From the sequence record MN894885.1: a stretch of 64,000 nt of DNA; one strand, written 5' to 3'. The notes under the pieces are model-generated. The model was given only the letters and a program-made list of their open reading frames with translations. It was not told the DNA's origin and searched no databases. How positions within the stretch are numbered: position 1 is the first letter of the stretch; each line of letters opens with the position of its first letter. Both the position numbers and the translations under genes were made by a program. Source of the DNA: Escherichia phage Ec_Makalu_001. Positions 36,472-44,719 of this stretch are shown one piece after another.

Positions 36472-37704
36472 TTATACTGCCATTTGAGCGGTGATTGCCG
36501 GATGGCTTTGATAGTTGTGAATTTTAAAGTCTTTCGGAGTTTTTGTCAATACCTCATCTAAAGATTTAAATTCCGGCAACTCAATTGTTGGTTTATCAAA
36601 CGGAACACGGCTTAACTGTTCCATCACTTGGTCAAAGTGATTTTTGTAAATGTGAGTATCTCCGCCGGAGAAAATCAGTTCTCCTACTTCGAGATCACAC
36701 ATTTTCGCTATGATGTGAGTTAACAGCGCATAGCTGGCGACGTTAAAGGGCAAGCCCAAAAAGCTGTCTACGCTTCGCTGAAACCACATACAAGACAGTT
36801 TACCCTCATTGACATAGAATTGCACGAACGGATGACATACACCTAATACAGCATTATGTGTTCCTTGTACGTTCCATGAGTCAATGATGATACGTCGATC
36901 CGTTGGATTGTTTTTAATTTGTTCAATCACGTTTTGTAACTGGTCTTCCCAAATCTTCGGGCGATAGACATATTCTTCATCGTCTTTAGTGCTCGATGTG
37001 TCTATGTCCATACTAGCAAAGATCGTGGTATCTGGCGCTAAAATATCCCCGCCTAGATAATCACTATCAAGCAGATAACCGAAATAACCATCATCTACCC
37101 ATTCCTGGAATCCCCACAAGCAATATGCATCATTAACAAAATTAGATTGAGTCTTCCAGTGGTCTGCTACTAAGAATTGATTATATTCAGAATCAAACTC
37201 TTCATAACGCATACCACGCCAGATAGCACATAAACGGTCTTCTGTGTCGTTGGTTGGCGTAAAGTCTTCTACCCACGGGTGTTTAAATGTATGTGTATAT
37301 TTGCTCTTAACGCGCTTAATTTTGATTTCACCGTGTGGATGAATCGGTTTGCGTCGCCACGCCATACCATACATATTGCCGACATTATAACCATTGAATC
37401 GCAAGGGATTCTTTTCTTTCATATCAAGACAGTTGCCGCGCCAAATATCAAATGCTTCCTCGTCAAACTTTCCGCGTGTAATTTCCTGTAAGCGACGGCG
37501 GTCAAGTGATCCCTCCATAAACCATAGCAATTCGCCAATTACAGAGGCTGTAGCCATCTTTTTAGTGGTCAGTAATGGGAAACCCTTGCTTAAATCAATT
37601 CGCATCTCTGTGCCGAATTTAGAGAGCGTACCTACCCCCGTTCGGTCTTCACGAGGCCAGCCATTATCAAGAACATCACGCAATAGTTTCAAATATTCTT
37701 TCAT
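36472..37704 (-). CDS. td: thymidylate synthase with large internal insertion
   Basis: 410 aa; N- and C-terminal thirds align to ThyA/T4 Td (DRTGVGT, catalytic Cys in LGVCHPFVQFY, LGLPFNVASYALL, C-terminus PKDFKIHNYQSHPAITAQMAV); ~120 extra residues between WRRKP and DRRIIIDSWN. Confidence 0.8.
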   Translation of the reverse strand: MKEYLKLLRDVLDNGWPREDRTGVGTLSKFGTEMRIDLSKGFPLLTTKKMATASVIGELLWFMEGSLDRRRLQEITRGKFDEEAFDIWRGNCLDMKEKNPLRFNGYNVGNMYGMAWRRKPIHPHGEIKIKRVKSKYTHTFKHPWVEDFTPTNDTEDRLCAIWRGMRYEEFDSEYNQFLVADHWKTQSNFVNDAYCLWGFQEWVDDGYFGYLLDSDYLGGDILAPDTTIFASMDIDTSSTKDDEEYVYRPKIWEDQLQNVIEQIKNNPTDRRIIIDSWNVQGTHNAVLGVCHPFVQFYVNEGKLSCMWFQRSVDSFLGLPFNVASYALLTHIIAKMCDLEVGELIFSGGDTHIYKNHFDQVMEQLSRVPFDKPTIELPEFKSLDEVLTKTPKDFKIHNYQSHPAITAQMAV

Positions 37705-37945
37705 CCCACATCACCTTTTTCTTATTGATTGCTTTCTTACGCAGTTTTGCTACTGTCTCGTCAATATCGATAAAGACAACGCCACGGTCGAATATAGTAG
37801 CAGGTCTTGAGATATCGCTATTTTCTTGCACAGGAAGCCATGATGCGCTCGCTTCATCATAGAGATATTGTAAACCGTAATAATCTACGGCTACTGCGTA
37901 GTTTTCACTGGTAGCCGTCCATAATTGAATAATACCGACTTTCAT
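37676..37945 (-). CDS. hypothetical protein (89 aa from internal ATG)
   Basis: ORF overlapping td start; start assigned at ATG 37943-37945. Confidence 0.3.
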   Translation of the reverse strand: MKVGIIQLWTATSENYAVAVDYYGLQYLYDEASASWLPVQENSDISRPATIFDRGVVFIDIDETVAKLRKKAINKKKVMWDERIFETIA

Positions 37946-38037
37946 TATTGTTCCCGTCCGCAATGTAAACACCGACTACCAGCAAACATCAAAGATTCAC
38001 CACAATGTTTGCACTCATAATCTGTAAGAATTTTCAT
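37945..38037 (-). CDS. mini zinc-ribbon protein (30 aa)
   Basis: Manual ORF MKILTDYECKHCGESLMFAGSRCLHCGREQ; tightly spaced between frd stop and next gene. Confidence 0.25.
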   Translation of the reverse strand: MKILTDYECKHCGESLMFAGSRCLHCGREQ

Positions 38038-38038
38038 G

Positions 38039-38608
38039 TTACGCCTTCTTACGTTCTAAAATTTGTTCGCTGATCAGGTAATTATCAAGGAAGTAATTAT
38101 GTTCTTCTTTGGTTACAAAGTCAAAATACAATTCCTGAATCATTTCCTTAGAGATACCAACATCATATTCAAATGGATCGTTGATCCCTGAACGCTGAAC
38201 ATACGTTAACACAATACGGTCCGCAAAGTCAACCGCTTTTTCAATCAGGGAAGGTCCTCCGATAACACTTACCAAACCTTGCGTTTTCTCCAGGACTTTT
38301 AACAGATCCTTTAATTCAATTCCAGTATACACATTAGGCTGGTCGCCGTTTTTGGCTTTCGGTGTCGGCTTGCTGGCATCGGTACTAATAACCACATTAA
38401 GACGACCTTCCAGTGCTTTAGGGAGACTTTCAAAGGTATTACGTCCCATTACAACCGCCGCAAGATCAACATCTCCCATAGTGCGCATTTTAAAGTTTTC
38501 CATGTCCTTTTTGATTGGACGACCCCACGGTAAACCGCCTTTAAAACCAAAAGCCCAATTTTCATCTGACATTTTAGTGTCACCAATCGCAAATACACAT
38601 TGAATCAT
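38039..38608 (-). CDS. frd: dihydrofolate reductase
   Basis: 189 aa; DHFR motifs (N-terminal AIG, GGLPW, VMGRNTFESLP). Confidence 0.85.
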   Translation of the reverse strand: MIQCVFAIGDTKMSDENWAFGFKGGLPWGRPIKKDMENFKMRTMGDVDLAAVVMGRNTFESLPKALEGRLNVVISTDASKPTPKAKNGDQPNVYTGIELKDLLKVLEKTQGLVSVIGGPSLIEKAVDFADRIVLTYVQRSGINDPFEYDVGISKEMIQELYFDFVTKEEHNYFLDNYLISEQILERKKA

Positions 38609-38623
38609 AATATAAATCTCCCA

Positions 38624-38953
38624 TCAAATCAGTTTGAAATAGTTTTCGTTTACATTTTCTTCTGTGATTGCTGTCTTAAATTCTTGACCGTTATCCGGTG
38701 TGATGAAATAACGGTCAGAATAATCACGAAAACGTTTTAAGTGAGATACCCCAACATTAACACCATTTTCCCAAAAACGAAAGGTAATCATTTTTGGTTC
38801 ATATCGATAGTCGCTGGTTAACACAGTGCCATCACCGCGACGGGCTTCATAAACCATAATACATTCACGGTTAGCGGCTTTAATACATTCTTCAATAGTG
38901 CCACATGCGATAATACTTACTGTTTCATCTACGATTTGTTCTACAGTCCACAT
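38624..38953 (-). CDS. hypothetical protein (109 aa)
   Basis: ORF with promoter-like motif at ~38960-39010. Confidence 0.4.
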   Translation of the reverse strand: MWTVEQIVDETVSIIACGTIEECIKAANRECIMVYEARRGDGTVLTSDYRYEPKMITFRFWENGVNVGVSHLKRFRDYSDRYFITPDNGQEFKTAITEENVNENYFKLI

Positions 38954-39008
38954 AATATAATCCTCACTTTGTTTCGATGTTTGTATTATACATCATCTGT
39001 GTTCGGCG

Positions 39009-39338
39009 TCAACCTTTTTGTTCCATGAAAAGCGGTGCTGTTTCTTCTTTCAGTTTAATAACTAGCGCGGAAACTTCATCAAGAAAATCTTTTTCCATAT
39101 GAGCAAGCAATGATTTAGAATCTTTGATAACTTTCAAAGAATATTCACTTAGATTTCCTTTTCCTAACAATAATGCAGGGTACACACTATGCGGTATCTC
39201 GATTTCATGATATTCACTCATAGTATAATATTTGTGAATTTTTAAATCTATATTTCTTCGTTGTACGTCTACATCAGCAATGACATACAGAAGTTCGATT
39301 TTATCACTTTTCTGGGAAAGGGTAGCATTCAAAAACAT
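39009..39338 (-). CDS. hypothetical protein (109 aa)
   Basis: ORF with promoter-like motif at ~39345-39400. Confidence 0.4.
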   Translation of the reverse strand: MFLNATLSQKSDKIELLYVIADVDVQRRNIDLKIHKYYTMSEYHEIEIPHSVYPALLLGKGNLSEYSLKVIKDSKSLLAHMEKDFLDEVSALVIKLKEETAPLFMEQKG

Positions 39339-39383
39339 TGTTAATCCTCCGTTGTTTCGATGAGTTCATTATACACTATTGGG

Positions 39384-40607
39384 TTACGCTGTCAACTCTT
39401 TTTCAAAAGATTTTACGATATACATGATAGTGCTCAATTCAGACGGCGCTACTGTTTCGGTGTAGCCATCCGGCATATCTTCTTTCGAGATATAGGAAGT
39501 CTTGCCTTTCATCGCTTCCTTGATCTTGTTCTCTAATTCTAAGATCTTTTGACCGTCTTGTAAAGTCAATTCATAAAAGATCTCGTGACCGAACTTTGAA
39601 ACACGAGATTGGTTTCTCATGCGCTCATGTGTTTCTTTGTTTGTTATTCCAAATTTCACGCCAACAAAGGAATCATTGTTGGTTAATTTCTGTATATAAA
39701 GAGTTCCTGTCTTTAATGCCTGATAACCATGCTTAGAACACAACGGGCAGCGTGTTCCGCGATTAACAAAATTATCAATAGTTACATCCCATTCATGGTT
39801 ACGTTCGCATGTCAGAAGTATTCTTGTTAATGCACCTTTCCACTTTCCTGAAATCCCAATAAATTTTAGTCTGTTGGTTTCGCATATTTTTTCAATTTGT
39901 TTTAATCGGTCACTTTTTGTTATTGGTGCTGTTCCGCTACATTTGCGACACCGACGACCTAGTTTGAACTTATCATAACTTTGTTCGTAAATGTGATTAT
40001 TAGGACACTCAAATTTAAGTTTAGTTTTTGTTCCTCTCCATTCCCCAATTATACCCAAAAATTTATAATCTCCTTTATTTTCATTTATATAAGATAAGGA
40101 ATCTTCTTTATCATGCATCTTGCCCCCGTTACATAAAGGACATCTTGTTTTTTGATGAATGAAATCTGTATATGTTGGTTGGTATGTGTGTCCGTTTGTA
40201 CAGTTCATAATGAGTCTTGTTCTGCTATTTTTATACTCCCCACCAACAAAACCAACAAATACATCGTTTGTTTCTTGTTTTATTCTTTCTATCACATTGT
40301 TTGGGTTTAATCTTTGAGAATCAACCACACATTTCTTACACGAAACTTTTTTCCTGATATTTGCTAGAGTTGATGTGTATTCATGCTTGTTATTACATAA
40401 TATAAGAGCTTTTGTTTTGAGACCAGACCATTCTCCAACAAACCCCATGAAAGAATAACCAACTTCCAAACATGAATTTTTTACAACATTTTCCCAATAG
40501 AAGGGAGTTTTCGTGTTTCCTTTTATTTCTATACGAATCTCATGTGCTTGACGTACTAACATATTTTTATCCTCCGTTGTTTCGATGTGTGTATTATACA
40601 TTACCAC
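39384..40607 (-). CDS. protein with four tandem zinc-ribbon modules and C-terminal GIY-YIG-like (T5orf172-type) domain; putative homing-endonuclease-like
   Basis: 407 aa; four ~55-aa repeats each F/I-x-G-x-x-G-E/K-W ... C-x-x-x-H ... C-x-x-C; C-terminus LYIQKL...VGVKFGITNKETHERMRNQ. Confidence 0.45.
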   Translation of the reverse strand: MVMYNTHIETTEDKNMLVRQAHEIRIEIKGNTKTPFYWENVVKNSCLEVGYSFMGFVGEWSGLKTKALILCNNKHEYTSTLANIRKKVSCKKCVVDSQRLNPNNVIERIKQETNDVFVGFVGGEYKNSRTRLIMNCTNGHTYQPTYTDFIHQKTRCPLCNGGKMHDKEDSLSYINENKGDYKFLGIIGEWRGTKTKLKFECPNNHIYEQSYDKFKLGRRCRKCSGTAPITKSDRLKQIEKICETNRLKFIGISGKWKGALTRILLTCERNHEWDVTIDNFVNRGTRCPLCSKHGYQALKTGTLYIQKLTNNDSFVGVKFGITNKETHERMRNQSRVSKFGHEIFYELTLQDGQKILELENKIKEAMKGKTSYISKEDMPDGYTETVAPSELSTIMYIVKSFEKELTA

Positions 40608-40648
40608 ATCAGCACGTCAACACCTTTTTCATAAAATTTTAGGCAATA

Positions 40649-40672
40649 AAAAAGCCTCCCCGAAGGGAGGCT
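40649..40672 (-). terminator. rho-independent terminator after gene 32
   Basis: GCCTCCC-CGAA-GGGAGGC followed by T-run on minus strand. Confidence 0.6.
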
Positions 40673-40682
40673 TTAAAATTCA

Positions 40683-41630
40683 TTACATCGCTAACAGAGA
40701 ATCCAGGTCATCCAGATCAGAAGCGGAGGAAGTACCGCCACTCAGGTCCAGAGATGCCATCAGGTCATCAGCGGAAGAATCTAACGCCGTGCTAGCGGCG
40801 GTAGTACCAGCGTCGAATGCATTCATCTGTGCGTCAAAATCGTCAAGCTGGCTGTTAATCGCTGCCGCAGCACTGGAAGCCGCAGCACCAGCTACCATAG
40901 ACACGCCCATAGTTTTCTTAAATTTGGTTTCCAGTTCGTCAAACGGTTTAAACTGGCTAGGTGCTACAATCTCACCCAAATCAACCATGTTTTCCATCAG
41001 ATATTTCTGGTATGCTTCGTCTTCAATTTTCGGAAGCTGTGATTGCTGCATGAAACGAGAATCATCATAGTTCTGGTGTTTATCAACCTTCTTAGCTTTC
41101 AGGAGGAAGTTAGCGCCAGAGAACACACAAGTTACATCTACCGGAACTTCGCCCATGTCGGTATTCACGTTCACCATCGCAACGATCTTATCATAAATTT
41201 TCTGACCGAAGCGGAATTTAAATACCTTGCCTTCGTTTTCTGGTGCTTGAGGATCTTTCAGTACCAGAATGTTTGCGTAGTAAGACGCTTTACGCTTAAT
41301 CAGTTGCCATTCGGTTTTATCGGTATTGTACAAATCTTTTTCGTTAATATATTTGCACACAGGGCAAGAATCAAAATCACCGTGGGTGCTGGAGCAGTTT
41401 TCCCAATACCATTTTCCATTAACTTTGAAGGAATGGTTTACCAGTTTCACAATCGGCAGACCGTCTTCTGTCTTAGACGGCAGGAAGCGAATCAGGGCTT
41501 CACCGTTACCTGCTGCATCAGTCTTAATCTTCCACTCTTTCGGGTCTTCTTTGGAGAAACCGTTGCCACCTTTCAGTGCGGCCAGTTGAGCTTGCAGTTT
41601 GGAAGAATCTTGGCGTTTAAACATATTCAC
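40683..41630 (-). CDS. 32: single-stranded DNA-binding protein gp32
   Basis: 315 aa; strong similarity to T4 gp32 ([22 protein letters not shown], acidic C-terminus). Confidence 0.9.
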   Translation of the reverse strand: MNMFKRQDSSKLQAQLAALKGGNGFSKEDPKEWKIKTDAAGNGEALIRFLPSKTEDGLPIVKLVNHSFKVNGKWYWENCSSTHGDFDSCPVCKYINEKDLYNTDKTEWQLIKRKASYYANILVLKDPQAPENEGKVFKFRFGQKIYDKIVAMVNVNTDMGEVPVDVTCVFSGANFLLKAKKVDKHQNYDDSRFMQQSQLPKIEDEAYQKYLMENMVDLGEIVAPSQFKPFDELETKFKKTMGVSMVAGAAASSAAAAINSQLDDFDAQMNAFDAGTTAASTALDSSADDLMASLDLSGGTSSASDLDDLDSLLAM

Positions 41631-41642
41631 TATTCCTTCTTT

Positions 41643-41690
41643 TGATTAATTTACGAGACTATTATACAGATTTAAATTTACTTGTCAACT
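41643..41690 (-). promoter_or_regulatory. sigma70-like promoter upstream of gene 32 (TTGACA-16 bp-TATAAT)
   Basis: Minus-strand reading TTGACAagtaaatttaaatctgTATAAT; coordinates approximate. Confidence 0.45.
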
Positions 41691-42365
41691 ATTTGTTTCG
41701 GCTTTTAATTGAGATATTTCTTTACACTCTTTAACGACTTTAACAAATAATGCTCTTGCTTTTGCGGCGTCAATAACAAGTAGTTTCTTGTACGCCTTCA
41801 TTTTAACACTATAAGTTTGCCAAATCAAGTCTTTGGCTACCTTGTCGTGTTCGTCGATTATATTTAGAAAGCTATCTAACAACATAAACGACTCAAACGA
41901 TATAATCCGATTTTGCAGTAGTTTAAAGATACCGCTAGTTTCGGTTGCGGGATTGTATGTAATTAGCTCTTTAAGAGTAACCCCGCGTTTCTCGGAGAAG
42001 TATACCAGACTTTTAATGTCATCGTCAAATCGTGTTGCCGCATCGGTTATCTTTCCTATGTATTCCATATAAAAGCCGTATGCGTCAACATCAGTGATTT
42101 CACCTACCCATGCATCGGTATTAGCTACCAGATTGCTTAGGAATAGGAAGTATAATTCTCTTAGATTGTACTTTTCCGCTAATTTCGCGAAATAATACTT
42201 ATCTCTGCGTTTATTGAATGCGGCATCAGATAACCGCATCCTCCAATTGTATTTTACGCAATCATAACGCCCGTTCATATGAGCTTTCATCATGCAATAT
42301 AACATATACACAGATTTAGCATTAATTCGCATATCTGGATCTGGAGGAAGACGGTTTCTGATCAT
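41685..42365 (-). CDS. 59: helicase loader gp59
   Basis: 226 aa; similarity to T4 gp59 (KSVYMLYCMMKAHMNGRYD, KYNW.MR.SDAA..KRRDKY). Confidence 0.85.
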   Translation of the reverse strand: MIRNRLPPDPDMRINAKSVYMLYCMMKAHMNGRYDCVKYNWRMRLSDAAFNKRRDKYYFAKLAEKYNLRELYFLFLSNLVANTDAWVGEITDVDAYGFYMEYIGKITDAATRFDDDIKSLVYFSEKRGVTLKELITYNPATETSGIFKLLQNRIISFESFMLLDSFLNIIDEHDKVAKDLIWQTYSVKMKAYKKLLVIDAAKARALFVKVVKECKEISQLKAETNS

Positions 42366-42374
42366 ACATACCCC

Positions 42375-42644
42375 TTAAATATCGAGAGTGTTGGTCGGTT
42401 CGTCGATCACTCCCTTCCTGAGCGTTCTATTTACTATACATTCTTGTGTGATCTTGTCAATAATGGACACCGGAATATACTTCTGATAGTGACCATATTC
42501 GATAGAGTTTTCCTCTACAAACTGCGTTGTCGCTTCAAGATAAGTCAATCCCTCTTCAACAACCAGTTTTTCGATTGCAAGACCGTTTGCTGTTTTGTTC
42601 GCGGCTTTTACCGCATGTTCATTAAGCATTGAACACCCGATCAT
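42375..42644 (-). CDS. possible gp33 late transcription accessory protein (position-based)
   Basis: 89 aa; position between 59 and rnh region as in T4; no motif confirmed. Confidence 0.3.
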   Translation of the reverse strand: MIGCSMLNEHAVKAANKTANGLAIEKLVVEEGLTYLEATTQFVEENSIEYGHYQKYIPVSIIDKITQECIVNRTLRKGVIDEPTNTLDI

Positions 42645-42897
42645 AGAGTTCTACCGCTTCGTCGCGTTCTGCTTCGAAGGTTTCGCGCTGTTGCTGGTGA
42701 TATAGTTTAAACAGAATACCCCACATTTTACCATCTACGCCTAATTCTTCTTTAGCACGCTGTTTGATCTCTTTGATCTTATCGCCGTATGCTTCTTGAA
42801 TGGTTTTCTGATCGCTGGCTTCTTTAATCAGTTGTGCCAGGGTATTTCCGTGCACTGCTTCGTCAAATACTACTTTTTCTTTTTTCTGTTCAGTCAT
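42622..42897 (-). CDS. possible DsbA dsDNA-binding protein (position-based)
   Basis: 91 aa; size and position as T4 dsbA; no motif confirmed. Confidence 0.3.
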   Translation of the reverse strand: MTEQKKEKVVFDEAVHGNTLAQLIKEASDQKTIQEAYGDKIKEIKQRAKEELGVDGKMWGILFKLYHQQQRETFEAERDEAVELYDRVFNA

Positions 42898-42901
42898 AAT
42901 A

Positions 42902-43501
42902 TTAACCCTCTTTAGTCATTAATTGAAAACCACGTTCAGCTTTTGAGATTTCGCTAGGACGTAAATCATCATCTACATATTCTAGCATCATTTCTCTGAT
43001 AATGTCAAGTGCTTTTTCATCACCTGATTTTAACTCGAACTCAAGTTCATAATGAGCAGTGTCGCCCAATCCTTCGCCTACTTTGCCATAATAGAAAGTG
43101 TCTTTGCACATTTCCACTATACCACAACCCATATCTAGAGTCAATGACTTGCGATATGTCATTACTTGCATTATTGTAGTGATATAGTCTGAGTTTACCC
43201 CTAGACTATCAATAAAATGGACGAACTCATCCCAATTTGAAAATGTCATTTCCTCGCGGTTGAATAGTCCAGATTCATTATCACCCATTTTGACCATGAT
43301 CTCTGATTTTCTACAGTCAAGTCGTGCATAAATTCCTTTTTGACGTAGCGCATGGTCTTCGGTATCATAATAAAATTCGTGTTTTAATATGTTATCTCGA
43401 TCTACGATATTATAACCGTCATACATTGCCACCCACAAATCACAGATGGTTTCGACGCCAATTTGTGAGTGTGCATAGTATTTTAACTCAAGTTCTTTCA
43501 T
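42902..43501 (-). CDS. CYTH-like (triphosphate tunnel metalloenzyme) domain protein
   Basis: 199 aa; N-terminal ExExK (ELELK), later acidic strand YELEFELK; absent from the canonical T4 dsbA-rnh interval. Confidence 0.4.
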   Translation of the reverse strand: MKELELKYYAHSQIGVETICDLWVAMYDGYNIVDRDNILKHEFYYDTEDHALRQKGIYARLDCRKSEIMVKMGDNESGLFNREEMTFSNWDEFVHFIDSLGVNSDYITTIMQVMTYRKSLTLDMGCGIVEMCKDTFYYGKVGEGLGDTAHYELEFELKSGDEKALDIIREMMLEYVDDDLRPSEISKAERGFQLMTKEG

Positions 43502-43511
43502 GTGTCAACCC

Positions 43512-44459
43512 TTAGAACTCACCAATTTTCTGCAACATTTTAACTAGCGCATTTGTTACAAAATAGTTATAAATTTTACCGCGTGGTGCTGGTTTAGATT
43601 TTTCCCATGCTAACAAAATTTCATATTCGATGTTATCAGGAATAAATTCAAAATCAATAAGTTCGCGGTTTTCGTCAAAGCGTCGTGCTTCTTCCTCTGT
43701 CATCAAAGACTTTGGATCTTCGGCATCGAAAATTTGCTCTAACCATTTGGTTGCAATTGGTTTAGCTCGTTCCCCTTCCAGCCGTGAGATAATGAAATCA
43801 CTACGGCACTTGATAGAAGCTACACCGTCTTTTGCGTCACCCTTAACACATTTTACCATAAGGTCTTTGTAAGGACTACCATATTTGCATTTCTTCCATG
43901 CTTTCTGTACTGGTGCCCACTGTTTCACATTTTTGTATTTGTGCAACTGTGTGTAGTCACCATCGCCGGAGTTGATTAGCACCTGGCGACCTTCTACAGA
44001 AAACTTTTTAGTTAACACAGCGATTATATCATCTGCCTCAACTTTGTCAACCTTAATAACGTGATAAGGCATGTTCTCTTTAAACTCTTCGGTGATCTTA
44101 TTGATTGCAGCAAAGATCATCTCCCAATCACGCGGATCTGCGTCTCGCTTTTCCTTACGGTTACGCTTGTAATAAGGTGCGATATCACGTCGCCAGTAAC
44201 CTTTGCTAGAGTCAAAGGCAAGTACCGTAATCGGGTATTGCTCTTTGAATTTTGTCATATTATAACGCATGGTGTCAAGGATAAGATGACGAATCATACC
44301 TTCGCTAATCGGATCTTCCGGCTTAAATGTATGAGAGATAGTAGCAATCATAAGCTGCGACATATCAATCAAATGCACACCTTCCGGCAGTTTATCTTCT
44401 GGATCGTCGAAGAAATCATTAAGTGTAGCGGTAGTTTTTGTAAACGGGTTATACGTCAT
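43512..44459 (-). CDS. rnh: RNase H / flap endonuclease
   Basis: 315 aa; similarity to T4 RNase H (GYWRRD..YYKRNR, DGDYTQL, KPAPRGKIY). Confidence 0.85.
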   Translation of the reverse strand: MTYNPFTKTTATLNDFFDDPEDKLPEGVHLIDMSQLMIATISHTFKPEDPISEGMIRHLILDTMRYNMTKFKEQYPITVLAFDSSKGYWRRDIAPYYKRNRKEKRDADPRDWEMIFAAINKITEEFKENMPYHVIKVDKVEADDIIAVLTKKFSVEGRQVLINSGDGDYTQLHKYKNVKQWAPVQKAWKKCKYGSPYKDLMVKCVKGDAKDGVASIKCRSDFIISRLEGERAKPIATKWLEQIFDAEDPKSLMTEEEARRFDENRELIDFEFIPDNIEYEILLAWEKSKPAPRGKIYNYFVTNALVKMLQKIGEF

Positions 44460-44461
44460 AA

Positions 44462-44674
44462 TTAAGTTCTCTCCACTCTCACAACAACATATTCGCCAAA
44501 CGAGTTAGATACTTCACGGTCATACCCGTATTTCTCCATAACTCGCAGAATTGCATTGTTTAATTCAGCACGGAAATAATTGTAATCCTTATCTGGGATT
44601 CTGTCAACTATCCATTTTGCACCGTCTGACAAATCAACTTTAACCATAATATCATCCTCTTTTGTTTCTATCAA
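44462..44674 (-). CDS. hypothetical protein (70 aa)
   Basis: ORF abutting rnh start. Confidence 0.4.
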   Translation of the reverse strand: MIETKEDDIMVKVDLSDGAKWIVDRIPDKDYNYFRAELNNAILRVMEKYGYDREVSNSFGEYVVVRVERT

Positions 44675-44683
44675 GCCTCATTT

Positions 44684-44691
44684 TATAAATA
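44684..44691 (+). promoter_or_regulatory. T4-type late promoter motif TATAAATA upstream of gene 34
   Basis: Exact TATAAATA ~28 nt upstream of ATG at 44720. Confidence 0.55.
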
Positions 44692-44719
44692 TGAACATAC
44701 TATAAAAGGAGACCCAATA

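Noticed and set aside
36472-37704. Group I intron or intein in td
   Set aside because: The reading frame is continuous with no internal stop, no embedded homing-endonuclease ORF and no intein boundary residues; called an in-frame insertion instead (see finding).
41043-41645. 200-aa plus-strand ORF
   Set aside because: Antisense to gene 32, which is strongly supported.
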